From Felis catus (Eukaryota), in NCBI RefSeq assembly GCF_018350175.1, contig NC_058368.1, positions 217,436,001-217,500,000 on the forward strand: DNA of 64,000 nt, in the 5' to 3' direction. How positions within the stretch are numbered: the stretch's first letter is position 1; every line of letters starts with the position of its first letter. The position numbers and the translations under genes are program-made. A model generated the notes under the pieces. That model made no database searches. It was not told the DNA's origin and saw only the letters and a program-made list of their open reading frames with translations. This document shows positions 12,422 to 24,217 of the stretch, piece after piece.

Positions 12422-12612
12422 AAAATTCCAATTAGATTTGAAAGCACAAACAAAATGTATAAAATTCTAGAAAGTGCAAAATCCACTTATAAAATTTTAA
12501 ATATGAATAAATTAATGCATTTAATAGAAATTAAATAAGTTATCAAAAAACTATACTGAAAAATATGTCCGACACTAAACTTTTGGAAAGTTATTAAGAT
12601 TGAAGAATCTTT

Positions 12613-12829
12613 TTTAAAAATTTTTAAATGTTTATTTATTTTTGAGAGAGAGAGAGAGAGCACAAGCAAAGGAGGGACAGAGAGAGAGGGGGGGAGACAG
12701 AATCTGAAGCAGGCTCCAGGCTCTGCGCTGTCAGCACAGAGCATGATATAGGGCTGGAACTCATGAACTGTGAGATCATGACCTGAACCAAAGTCGGGTG
12801 CTTAACTGACTGAGCCACCCAGGGACCCC
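12613..12829 (-). mobile_element. CanSINE
   Basis: TSD AAGATTGAAGAATCTTT / AAGATTGAAAAATCTTT. Confidence 0.96.
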
Positions 12830-12897
12830 AAGATTGAAAAATCTTTAATGACAAGCTTTTCATGGGGGAAAAGAAGATTAAGAAAAAGCATGCCAAT

Positions 12898-13086
12898 CCG
12901 TTAGGCGTCTTGATTTCAGCTCAGATCATGATCTCTTGGTTTGTGAATTTGAGCCCTATGTCCCGCTCTGTGCTGACAGCCAGAGCCTGCTTGAGATTCT
13001 CTCCTTCCCTCTCTCTCTGCCCCTCCCCTACTCATGCATGCTCACCCTCTCACTCTCTCTCTCAGAATAAACATTAAAAAAAAGAG
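12898..13086 (+). mobile_element. 5'-truncated CanSINE
   Basis: Lacks the A-box head; perfect TSD AAAGCATGCCAAT at 12885-12897 and 13087-13099. Confidence 0.93.
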
Positions 13087-14849
13087 AAAGCATGCCAATT
13101 TATTCTAATACTGTAAGTATGAGAAGGAATAAATTATGATCAATTCAGTCACAATTGTGAACATGGTTACAAAAACCAAATACAATTATCATTTTAGTAT
13201 ATGAATCAAATAATGATATACAGTACATCTGCTCTCAGAATAAAACTCCAACAGTATTGAAAAAACTAATGATTTTAGTATCTGAATTGAGCAGATACAG
13301 TTTTAGAGATAATTCTGGATTGGGATCTGTGACCATGAATTGCTATTCATTATTTTTTTAATATATTTATTAGTTTGAAAATTCAGTTCTAGACTATATC
13401 AGAAATATATTTAGTTGGCTTACTTATTAGAAATTTCATTTACTTATATAGACATTGCCTAGTATAACATTGGACATTTGGAAAATTATTACCATTTAAT
13501 ATTAACAATAAATAAGCTTTTTTGAAAGTCTACTATGGGCCTTGTGTTTTATTGAGTGCTTTAGCATACGTATTTTTATATTCACAGCAGGAGACATGAA
13601 AAATGAAGCTCACTGAGGTTATGTAAACTTTACTACCTCATTTGCAAGAGGAAGAGTTTATTTTGTTATTTTCAGTTTTGCAATGCAAATGTTATCATAT
13701 AAAGATGTTAATTACCTCAAATAAATCGATGAATCGAAAGAAATTTCATTAAAATTCTCATTAGGGATTTTGAAGATGACTAACACTTAGGTGAAAGAAT
13801 AAAAAGTGTAAGAATATCCAACTGTATGTTGAAAAATAAAAAAAAGAGAGAGAGAGAGAAATTGGAAAAAGAAGAAAAGGAAGAAGACATCGAGGAGAGG
13901 ATTGGGGAAAATAAGGACCAGTTTAGAAATGGGGACTGACCCTGACTGACGTAAAAAGTTAAAATAAAACTAAACCCTGTGAACTGGTTAAAATGATTTT
14001 GGTGTGTTAACTCAGAGCCCAGTGTACATAGAAAATAAAGCAGCGTATTAGGAAATAATACTGAATGCAAACAAATACTTCAATTTTGTGGGTTATGTTA
14101 AGGAGACTGTTTTTTCTAAGTGTAACAAGTAAACTGTGAGTTTTATGTGGAAGTTGGTATAACATGATAGAATACATGTTTTGGGGATGATCACTCCACC
14201 TGTACTAAAGTCAGTAAGTTGAAGAGGAACAAAAACACTTGGGGGAAATAAATTATAGGCGTTTGTGGTAGTATAGATGGAGAATTATCATAATTCCTTC
14301 GATCTAATTGAATCTATGCAGTCATTCTAGGCTCTGTGAGTTGAGTATAGTGATTGGAACTTTCTGCCATGTGGTACTGAATGAATATTTTTTCAGTATG
14401 CTGTTTTCACACCAATTCACCTCTTCCCAGGATTCATTAACCAGTATGCTTTATTTCTTTTGATACCATTCATCCGGGGAAAAAAACTGACATAGCAGAA
14501 GGCACTAAGATGACAACTAAATCTAGTAATAATTTGATATTAGCTGAGAACCTAGTGTTCGGGGTTGTGTCTATTTCTATTACTGACCAAAAATAAAATG
14601 ATAAAGCTTATTGAATATGCACATTTGCCCATAGAGATGACTACTTTAGGATATCCTGTTAGGTGTATATATTAAAGGAAGGATAAACATTTAAACTACT
14701 TACACATACTGTGATTAAATGAGAACTATTTCTAGGGGTGAATCAAATTTCATCAATTTGTGAAGTCCAGTGAATCTTTCACAGTATGGCTTTCAGCCAA
14801 TATTTTAAAAAGTCAAGTAAATGCATAAGCAGGTTGAGAAATACAAATT

Positions 14850-14936
14850 TCTATATTATATATATATATATATATATTCATATATATATAATATATTCTA
14901 TATATATTCTATATATATTCTATATTCCTATATTAT
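14850..14936. repeat. (TA)n / (TATATTC)-like simple repeat
   Basis: Direct reading. Confidence 0.9.
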
Positions 14937-15059
14937 AGACTTCTGGCTACATAGATTTCTTTTATTAGACTGTATTATAAAGTTATGGATATAGAAGCAA
15001 GATAGCAAGATCAGGAGAAATTAGTTGATGTGTGACAGTTCCTTAACCTGCAGGGGGAT

Positions 15060-15668
15060 ATTTATAGCACGTTTACATCTAATCATTGAAAACTGGAAGA
15101 AACCAAGAGGTCCAATAGCTGAATCGATAAACAAACTATGGTACTCCATATAATGGAATGTTATTCGATGATAAAAATAAATGAGCTACAAAAAGTCATG
15201 GAGGAAACCAAAGTGTAAAAATCTGTATAGATACCTGAAAATTCTGCAGTGTATGACTCCAACTATATACAGTGTGGGAAAGGAAAGGCAAAACTGTAGG
15301 TAGAGTGAAATGATCAACGCTTGCCAGGAGGGTTGGGATGGGAGGCTGAAGGATGACAAGGGGAAGCACAGGGAATTTGGGGGACAGCAAGTACTATTCT
15401 GTATGAACCCCTAATGGATCCGTGGCATTATGCATTTCATAATATTCATAAAAATATATTCAACACAAAGAATAAAACTTAATGTAAACTATGGACTTTG
15501 GTTAATAATATATCAATGTTGACTTATTAATTGTAACAAGTGTATCACATTAATATATCAATGGTAGGATAAACTTTGTGTTGGGGTAAAAGGTATATGA
15601 GAACTGTCTATTATGTACTCAATTTTCTATAAATCCAAAACCTTTCAAAAATGAAGTCTATTAATGTA
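15060..15668 (+). mobile_element. L1MC1/L1MC2-type LINE-1 3' end
   Basis: GATAAACAAACTATGGTAC..., AATGTAAACTATGGACTTTGG, CTCAATTTTCTATAAATCCAAAAC typical of L1MC 3' UTR. Confidence 0.85.
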
Positions 15669-16182
15669 AACATAAATACAACCAAATTTTGAAAAATTAA
15701 AGAGAGGATTGGCCATGTAATATGATGTATATTTAAGGTGGGTAAAGTAAGAACTTGTTATTCACAGCTGAGAAATTCAGAGGCAGTGATTTAAGTGCTC
15801 CACGTCTATTGTTTCCTTCTTTGTTCACTGCAACTAAAACCAATTGACTAATAAATAAACACGGCCAGAGACTTTTCAAATACTTTTTAGTTATGAGGAA
15901 TGCTGTAGTTATATGTGTGTGTGCACATGTTCACACAAAGATGTGTTCTCCTGGGTGTATGTTTGGATAATGCAACAGAGGTATATGTATACCATACAAA
16001 GTAAGACAATCACAGATTAAATATTAACTATATTCTTAGTTCTAAATATATAGATAACATGATAAAACAACTAATCTATTTTCTCTGGGTCAGGTTTCTA
16101 TGCTTAACATCAATGACTGTATTTCCCTTTCAATGAGGCTGCAGAAAAACTAGCAAAACCCCTTTATGGCTTCTGCAGCATT

Positions 16183-16436
16183 TATTTTTTATTTTTTTAT
16201 GTTTATTTATTTATTTTTGAGAGAGAGACAGAGGCAGAGAGACAGAAAGAGACAGTGAGAAAGAGAAAGCACACAAGCAAGGGAAGGCCAGAAAGAGAGG
16301 GAAACAGAATGCTGAGCAGGCTCAACACTGTCAGCTTAGAACCCAATACAGGGCTTGAACCTGAGAACTGCGAGATCATGACCTGAGCCAAAATCAAGAG
16401 TTGGACACTCAACCTACTGAGCCATCCAGGTGCCTC
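16183..16436 (-). mobile_element. CanSINE
   Basis: TSD GGCTTCTGCAGCATT / GGCTTCTGCAGTATT. Confidence 0.95.
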
Positions 16437-16452
16437 AGGCTTCTGCAGTATT

Positions 16453-16504
16453 AAAACAAAACAAAACAAAACAAAACAAAACAAAACAAAACAAAACAAA
16501 ACAA
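16453..16504. repeat. (AAAAC)10 microsatellite
   Basis: Direct reading. Confidence 0.97.
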
Positions 16505-16809
16505 GTGTTTGTTGTGTGTCCTGTATTCTATTTTCACAAAAACTCACCTCTCTAAAGATTCAATACCAAAATATCACACAAACACACAGACACACAGACA
16601 CACACACACACACACACACACCCCATATGCAAAATCTAGCAAGTATTTATATGCCTCCATCTTTTCTATGTTAGTTTCTAAGCTTGTTACAAAAATGGAA
16701 ATAGGTTTCTTTGTGACAATTTAGCAATACCTAATGGTTATGTATTTTACTTCTATATGTATGAATTTTCTTCCATGCCCAATAACCCTCATCAAAAAAG
16801 ACAACATTT

Positions 16810-17019
16810 GGGGCACCTGGGTAGCTCAGTCGGTTGGGACTCCTACTTCAGCTCAAGTCATGATCTTGAGGTGTGTGAGTTCAAGTCCCGTGTCGGGTTC
16901 TGTGCTGACTGCTTCCGATTCTGTGTCTCTGTCTCTCTGCCCCTCCCCCACTCACGCTCTGTCTCTGTCTCTCTGTCTCTCTCAAAAATAAATAAACATT
17001 AAAAACAACAACAACAACA
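16810..17019 (+). mobile_element. CanSINE with internal deletion and (AAC)n tail
   Basis: TSD ACAACATTT at 16801-16809 and 17020-17028. Confidence 0.95.
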
Positions 17020-17723
17020 ACAACATTTTATCCAGAGAATGAGCAGATTTGTTGCTTAATGATGGAAGCTACCTATTGCTCCTAGATGCTCAATTATAGG
17101 TGGTGGAAGACACAACCAGTATCATAGCTTGTGAAGCCACATAGTTGGGGAAAAACATGTAAGATGTCTTCAGCCAGGTTTTCTCCTCCCTGTGGTGACA
17201 TGTAATGAGGGAACACATCACATTGCCACCAACTTTATCCACTTACACATATCTCTGAAGGTAGATTTAAAATAGATCTTTTCTTCCCATATGAAAAAAC
17301 AAATAAGCAAGCCAAAAACAAACAAACCACCACCCCCACACAAAACAAAAACAAAAACAAAACTTGTTTTCCATCTCATTGATTTTCCTCGTGTAGTATG
17401 GTGCCTTACTAGCGGATTTCTGGAGTGAAAGAGGACACTGGGAATAAGGTCAGAGCAATTGAACACTGATTCTTCCATTCTATGAATTAGGATGGGCCCA
17501 GACAACCACCCCTGAAACCCAGGCCTTCCCCAGTATGGTCTGCCTTCAATCCATAGAATCAATCCCATTATATCCTTCATCCTTATTTGTAGTAACCACA
17601 AGAACTCCCAGTCTCAGTCATCCCTCAACTCCCTAAATCCAATCTTTTTCAAACCTCTGTAATTTATTCTTCCACTTGTTTTTCCAGCTGGGTTCCTGAC
17701 ACCCTTATACTGTGAGCAGGGAA

Positions 17724-17929
17724 TTTTTTTAATGTTTGTTTGTTTGTTTTTGAGAGAGAGAGAGAGAGAAAGAGAAGCAAAGAGAGAGGGAGAGAGAGAG
17801 AATCCCAAGCAGGCTCCAAGTTGTCGGTGCAGAGCCCAATTCAGGGCTTGATCTCATGAACTCATGAGATCATGACCTGAGCTGGAATCAAGAGGCAGAC
17901 CTTCAACTGGAAGAGCCACCCACATGTCT
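17724..17929 (-). mobile_element. CanSINE
   Basis: GAGAATCCCAAGCAGGCTCC...GAGATCATGACCTGAGCTGGAATCAAGAG body. Confidence 0.92.
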
Positions 17930-18623
17930 TATGCCCATGGAATTTTTTTTTTAATATATATATTCTTAGATAAACTTATCTGACCATTCCTTTCAAATTA
18001 TTTTTCTGATGGAATCATGGATCTCTCCTGAGGACATAACCTCCACTGCTGGATTTTTAATGATATCTTACTTTGCTCCCACTCTTCTTATACCAATGAG
18101 CCTGGATATTTTTTTTTAGATTTTACGCCTTGTTTCAGGCCATTCTCCCTTTCTCCTTCCTAAAGACTTTTGGTTTTGATTTTCACACATACTATCAAAT
18201 CTTTTGACCCACTAACCTCAATTGCTGCTTACATCTACAAACACCTGGCTTAATTCCTTTAGTCCCCCTAATAGAAATTTTAGCACTGGTTCCATCACTA
18301 CTCCTGCCTTAATTATCTGTGATTATAATAAATACATAGATAATCCTTCCAAAGCTGACACTTCAGCTCCTTGAACTCCATATTTCTAAATTTTTTTCTT
18401 CATCTCAGCAATAATCTTTCATGACTTTACTCAGAGTCTAGATCTTTTGATTTCCAGAAAGTATAAAACTCCATGATTGAAGATTTTTGAATCTTATTCT
18501 TTAACCACCACCTCTTCTAATTCACTCTATCACCTTGACCTGAACAAAACTTCATATCCATTGAAACCTCCATTCCATTGATCTTACCAGCCCTTTGTTT
18601 TTTTTTGAAATTAATATCAAATA

Positions 18624-18846
18624 TTTTTTAAAATTTTTACGTTTTATTTATTTTTGAGAAAAAGAGAGAGAAACAGAGCATGAGCAGGGGGAAGGGCAGA
18701 GAGAGAGGGAGGCACAGAATCCGAAGCAGGCTCCAGGCCCTGAGATGTCAGCACAGAGCCTGATGTGGGGCTAGAACTCACAAATCGTGAGATCATGACC
18801 TGAGTTGAAGTCAGATGCTTAACCAACTGGGCCACCCAGGCGCCCC
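18624..18846 (-). mobile_element. CanSINE
   Basis: TSD AAATTAATATCAAATA / AAATTAATGTCAAATA. Confidence 0.96.
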
Positions 18847-18865
18847 ATAAATTAATGTCAAATAC

Positions 18866-19004
18866 TTTTAATTTTTAATGTTTATTTATTTTTGAGAGAC
18901 AGAGAGAGACAGAACATGAGTGGAGGAGGCCTCAAACCCATAATCCACAAGATCATAACCTGAGCAGAAGTCGGACATTAACCGACTGAGCCACATAGGC
19001 ACCC
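18866..19004 (-). mobile_element. CanSINE with large internal deletion
   Basis: Tail and head present, middle missing at GGAGGAGG|CCTCAAACCC. Confidence 0.9.
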
Positions 19005-19392
19005 CTTCATTGTTTTTCTTTTACTTGATATCTTATATTCCTCATTTCTCAGCTTTAATTCCATGACTATTAATTAACTCATTGATTATTTCCTATATGC
19101 CAGGCACTATTTTAAGTGCTTCAGATAGTAAACTAAGATGAAAATACTTCTGCTTTCGTGAATTTCAAATTATGATCATTCTCTTTCATATATCCTAGTA
19201 TATCAGTCATTTTGTGCTAAATTTTCCTGTGTTAACAAATGACACCCAAATATTCATGAATCCTGTTACTGTATATTATGAGTTGGCTTAGGTGTTCCTT
19301 CATCAAATCAGGATTGGCTATATCTTGAACTTGTCCATTGCAGTAGAGAGAGAGGAAATATTGCATGTGGTGGCTCTAAAAGTTCCTATTTT

Positions 19393-19571
19393 GGGGAGCC
19401 TGGATGGCTCAGTCAGTTAAGCTACTGATGCTTGGATTCGGCTCAGGTCATGATCTTGCAGTTCATGAGTTCGAGCCCCACGTAGGAATCTGCATTGAAA
19501 GCACAGAGCCTGCTTGGCATTCCCTCTCTCTCCCTCTTCTCTCTCTCTCAAAATAAATAAATAAACTTTAG
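19393..19571 (+). mobile_element. CanSINE
   Basis: TSD AAGTTCCTATTTT / AAGTTCCTACTTT. Confidence 0.93.
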
Positions 19572-19819
19572 AAGTTCCTACTTTTAAGTGGAATATGATA
19601 CTCCCACTAAAATGGAATTGACCCAATTAAATAATGGAGCCACAATTAAAAGGATAACATACTTAAGGATGAGGAACACAACAAAGAGCCTGATAAACTT
19701 TTTTCCCATTCTCAACAGTCAACCTTACTTTGTAAAACTGTAGACTTAACCTGTTCCAACTACCTCAGCTTACTTTCATCTGCACCTATACATGATGCCA
19801 AGAAGTACAACCATAGATC

Positions 19820-20236
19820 TGTTATGGGTTAAGTCTGTCCTCCCAAAGTTCATAATGTTGAAGTCATAAACTCTAGTATCTCAGAATGTGACCTTATTTG
19901 GAGACAGAATCTTTACAGAGATAATTATGTTAAAATGGGGTTACCAGAGTGACCCTAATACAGTATGACTGGTACCCTTATAAAAAGGGGACATTTGGGC
20001 ATAAAGACATGCATAGAGGGAAGATGCCACATGAAGACACACAGGGATAAAACAGCTATCTACAAGCCAAGTAAGGAAGTATGGGATAGATTCTTCACTC
20101 AGTCCCAGAAGGAATCGACTATCTTGACACCTTGGTCTGGGACTTCTAGCATCTCAAACTTTGAGATAATACATTTCTTGTTGTTTAAGCAACCTAGCCT
20201 GTGGTGCTGTGCTATGACAGCCATAGCAAACTAACA
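19820..20236 (+). mobile_element. MaLR solo LTR, MLT1B-like
   Basis: TGTTATGGGTT start, CTCAGAATGTGACCTTATTTGGAGA, ends CAGCCATAGCAAACTAACA. Confidence 0.88.
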
Positions 20237-20816
20237 GTCTCTAAAATATTCATCTGCTTATTCTCCTATCTCACACCACCCTGTCTTCCTAAGCCATTAA
20301 TAACACATCCCCTATCATCAGTCTGATGATGACGTCAGTGAGATGATGACTTCATTTCATACTACTCTGAGAATTAAAGTCATCAGAAAAATATCAGAAG
20401 GAGCCCTTTTCAGGCTCTCTCTACAAATACCCTCACTTAACACCTACATTAGCATACTCTGCATTATTGACAAATGCCATAGATTGAACAGCCTTGCTTC
20501 TATCTAAAATCAATACCGTTACCTCCTTTCATGTATTCAAGGGTGTCATTTTGGTAATTCTCTCTCCTATTTACATAATAAGTTTTCCTACTGTATTGCA
20601 ATATTTTCATTGTCACATACTCTCTCATCAAAAAAAGGGAATAATATTTTAAACTCAGTTCTCTTGCCAGATACAACCCTGTTTCTTTATTTGTATTTGC
20701 AGCAAAACTCACTGACATCATTGACAACTCCCATTGTTTCCAGTTCCTCTCTCATTTTATTTTAAATTTGCTCATATCAGGCCTTTTTACCTAACTATAC
20801 TGAAACTACTCTCACT

Positions 20817-21389
20817 GTGCTGGACAGGATATTAAAGGGAGCCTCATGATCCCTGTCTCCTAATATGTCTTGTGCAATCTCCTCCTGTTCAGCATGCATA
20901 GGAATTGTGAATGGCTTTGAATCCTTACAATGTGACAAAGGTGGTAGGTTTTATGTAATTATGTTCAAGTGAATATGTACTAATCTTTTGTGAGCCTCTT
21001 GCTGAGAGACCCTCTTCCTTGATAGCTTTGATAAAACAATAGACTATGTTAAAGAGGTTCCTGTGTCATGGGACTGGTGGGCAACTTCCAGCTAACAGAA
21101 GCTGAGGGCAGCCTCTGGCCAACAGAAAAATGGAGAGGCTCTCAGTTTAATGGCCCATGAGGAATTGACTTCTGCCAATGAACTTGGAAAACAATTCGTT
21201 CACAGTTGAGATGGGACACAGCTGGCACCTTGATTGTGTCTGTTAGATCATGTTGTAGAGCGGAGAATCTAGGAAGGTCATCATAGACTCCTAACTTACA
21301 GAATCCATGAGATTAAAGAAAAAGAAATGTGTTGTTTTAAGCTGTTAAATCTGCATTAATATTGTTATACAACAGTAGATAACATATAC
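20817..21389 (+). mobile_element. MaLR solo LTR, MLT1E/F-like
   Basis: GAAGCTGAGGGCAGCCTCTGGCCAACAG; 3' end TGTGTTGTTTTAAGCTGTTAAAT...TTGTTATACAACAGTAGATAAC. Confidence 0.8.
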
Positions 21390-21707
21390 TCATCATCAAT
21401 GACTGTCATGTTGTTTAACCTAAAGATCAGTTCTTATTCCTCATCCTACCTGCTCTGTTAACTGTAGTTAGCATGGTTTATCACTCCCTTCTCCTTCTGT
21501 ACTTGACTTCTAGACTGATGACATCTTCACTTTTTCTCCTAACATATTTCCTGGTATTTTTCAGTATCCTTTACTGGGTCCTTATTTTCTTTCCATATTT
21601 TACTTTATGAATTTTGCTGGGCTATAGGTTCAGGCAATGATACATATTTCAGTTAGAACTATTTATACTCATGAAACTGAAACTCAACTCTACCTTGATA
21701 AAGAAAA

Positions 21708-21709
21708 AT

Positions 21710-21752
<43 letters not shown>
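21708..21752. repeat. (TTTA)n microsatellite
   Basis: Direct reading. Confidence 0.95.
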
Positions 21753-22239
21753 CATGGAAAGAATAGAAGTACAGCGAAGCACAATGAGGGATAGATCCTG
21801 GTAGAACAAGTCAGCTTCACTCTCCTTGTCTTCCTCTGTCTTTTTCTCTAGTCTCTGTAGCCTGATTACTCTCACTGCATCTCTCCACTCAACCCCCACT
21901 CCAGCTCTGAGATCACTTTCTCCTCCCAAGTTGAATGCCAGATCTGCATGTTTTCTCCCCCTAGAATCTGTGTAAAAAGCTTAAAAAGGTGCAGACAGCC
22001 TTATCCTGGATGCTGGCAAGAGGAAGATCACTTGGAAAACATGACTTTCATCATGGGTGAAGAGAAGCTTCATGAAGTAGGAGTTGCAGCTTGGAAAATT
22101 AAAAAGAAGAGAAAAGGGGAAAGGGTAACTAACCATCATACAATAGTCAATTCTACTAATTTTTAGCTTTTCTCATCAGTGAGTTCCTTAGTTTTGAAAT
22201 ATGCCTCCTGAAATCTAGAATAGTAACAATAAAAATCAT

Positions 22240-22460
22240 AGTCATTAGTTTATTTTATCTCACTACCTGGCATGACCTCTGTAAACATTTTATAAGCATC
22301 TCATATGATTCTAAGGAATGCTTAAAAGATATAGATACTATTATTATTCTCATTAGCACATGAAGAAATCCAGGCATTTAGAGAAATTTTCCAAAGCTAC
22401 CTCTTATTAATAATTACAGCTGAGGTTTAAATATAGGCTCCCTGACTCAAAATTCATGTG
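22240..22460 (-). mobile_element. MIR relic
   Basis: ACTATTATTATTCTCATT...ATGAAGAAATCCAGGCATTTAGAGA resembles the MIR core. Confidence 0.6.
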
Positions 22461-22464
22461 TTTT

Positions 22465-22598
22465 ATATATATATATATATATACACATATATATATGTAT
22501 ATATATATATTTGCTTATATATATTATATATAAATATATAATAAATAAATAATTTATATAATATATAAATAAATAATTATTATAAAATAATATATAAG

Positions 22599-22644
<46 letters not shown>
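22465..22644. repeat. Long (TA)n-rich tract
   Basis: About 180 nt almost entirely A/T, with two (TA)n runs. Confidence 0.95.
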
Positions 22645-22651
<7 letters not shown>

Positions 22652-22761
22652 TCCCCAAAAGTGTGCCTATGATGATGCTTGTTTTTTGTTTATGGGAGCA
22701 GGTGTGTACTGGCAATTAAAGCATGGGCTTTGATGTCCATTTTGAAATGAGTCATATGATT

Positions 22762-22937
22762 CTTTTTATTTAAGTGTATTTATTTATTTATTTTGACAGA
22801 GAGAAGGGGGGAGGGGCAGAGAGAGAGAGTGAGAGAATCACAAGAAGACTTTCTGCTATCAGTTCAACAAACTGAGATCATGACATGAACCTAAATCCAG
22901 AGTTGGACATTTAACTTACTAAGCCACTAGCCTCCTC
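22762..22937 (-). mobile_element. CanSINE, diverged
   Basis: TSD AGTCATATGATT / AGTCAAATGATT. Confidence 0.88.
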
Positions 22938-22957
22938 AGTCAAATGATTATTAACAT

Positions 22958-22978
22958 TTTTTTTAATGTTTATTTATT

Positions 22979-23033
<55 letters not shown>

Positions 23034-23160
23034 GTACAAGTGGGGAAGGGGCAGAGATAGATGGAGACACAGGATCCAAAGCAAGTTTCAGGCTCTGAGC
23101 CGTCAGCACAAAGCCTGACATGGGGCTTGAACCAAGGAGCCATGAGATCATGACCTGAGC
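22958..23160 (-). mobile_element. 5'-truncated CanSINE with long (GA)n
   Basis: Body ends at GAGATCATGACCTGAGC; degenerate TSD TGATTATTAA / TGATTCTTAA. Confidence 0.92.
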
Positions 23161-23589
23161 TGATTCTTAATCATGTAACCTAGTCAACTTTGTTTAACCC
23201 CTTCTGTGTGCCTTATTTCCCAGTAGATTAATTGGGTAATGGAGTAATAATGTCTACATATGATAAATTTTAAAAGATAATGCACTTGTAGGCTTTCTTG
23301 CCATAGTGTTCACTATTAACAATTATTATTGTGAATATTAAGATGTTAGAATCACATTCTCCCAAGCAGGTGCATTTCACTCTCTCAAGCTGTTTTTCTT
23401 AAAAAATAGAACTATTTTTTAACCTTGGTTGTAAATATGGACTTACCTAATGGAATTTTGAGAAAAGTATGTCTGAATTGACACAGGTTGACATAGTAAA
23501 CTCTAGGAAAACTGAGGAAGCAAAGAGGATAATAGCAACTTATCAGAATACTGGGAATCAATTATTTAAAGTCAATTGGACTGCATTCC

Positions 23590-24062
23590 ATATCTCAATT
23601 CTTCACGCATTTGAAACTATGACCTATACCTTTTGACCTCACAGTATCTCACACTAAGTGATGAAGTGACTTTCTCTTCCTTTGACTTTGGGTTCAACCA
23701 TGGTAGCCTAATTTGGTCAACAGAATAAGACAGAAATTATGACAGGCCATCCTGACCCTCAGTCTCACTTTTAATACTTTCCTTCTTATGTCACTGCTGT
23801 TTTCTATGAGAAAGACATGTCAAGGCTAGTTCACTTGACCCAAAAGGTGGTAAGAGACACTTGGATCAGAATCATACCCATCCCCCATTGGGTCAATAAG
23901 CCTAATTAAGATCAGTGGACCTCCTAGCTAAGCCTAATCAAGTTGTGTCCATAGTCAACCAATTTATAGGTCCATAAAAATAAATTCTACTTACTTTAAG
24001 CAGCTAGTTTTGGGCTGGTGTGTTGCATATCATTTCTGTGACAAATAGCACGGGCTAAATCT
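23590..24062 (+). mobile_element. Old MaLR LTR, MLT1H/I-like
   Basis: TTGACTTTGGGTTCAACCATG...TTTGGTCAACAGAAT, ATGAGAAAGACATGTCAAGGCTAG, 3' TTTAAGCAGCTAGTTTTGGG. Confidence 0.65.
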
Positions 24063-24177
24063 CTACTAGGTAGATGATAGGAAGACAGATAGATACAAAT
24101 ACTGAGATTTATAGTTACAGATATACATAAGCACATATATTTATAAAACCAGTGCATAGAAATATATGTTTCTATGC

Positions 24178-24180
<3 letters not shown>

Positions 24181-24214
<34 letters not shown>
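24181..24214. repeat. (GA)17 microsatellite
   Basis: Direct reading. Confidence 0.97.

Positions 24215-24217
<3 letters not shown>

Larger units (their letters stand above)
18000..21600 (+). mobile_element. Fragmented ancient L2 LINE interrupted by SINEs and MaLR LTRs
   Basis: C/T-rich L2-like pieces, e.g. ACTGAAACTACTCTCAC before 20817 continuing as TCATCAATGACTGTCATGTTG...CCTCATCCTACCTG after 21390; boundaries approximate. Confidence 0.6.

Noticed and set aside
17218..17601. 127-aa minus ORF
   Set aside because: Non-ATG start, low-complexity end, no recognisable homology
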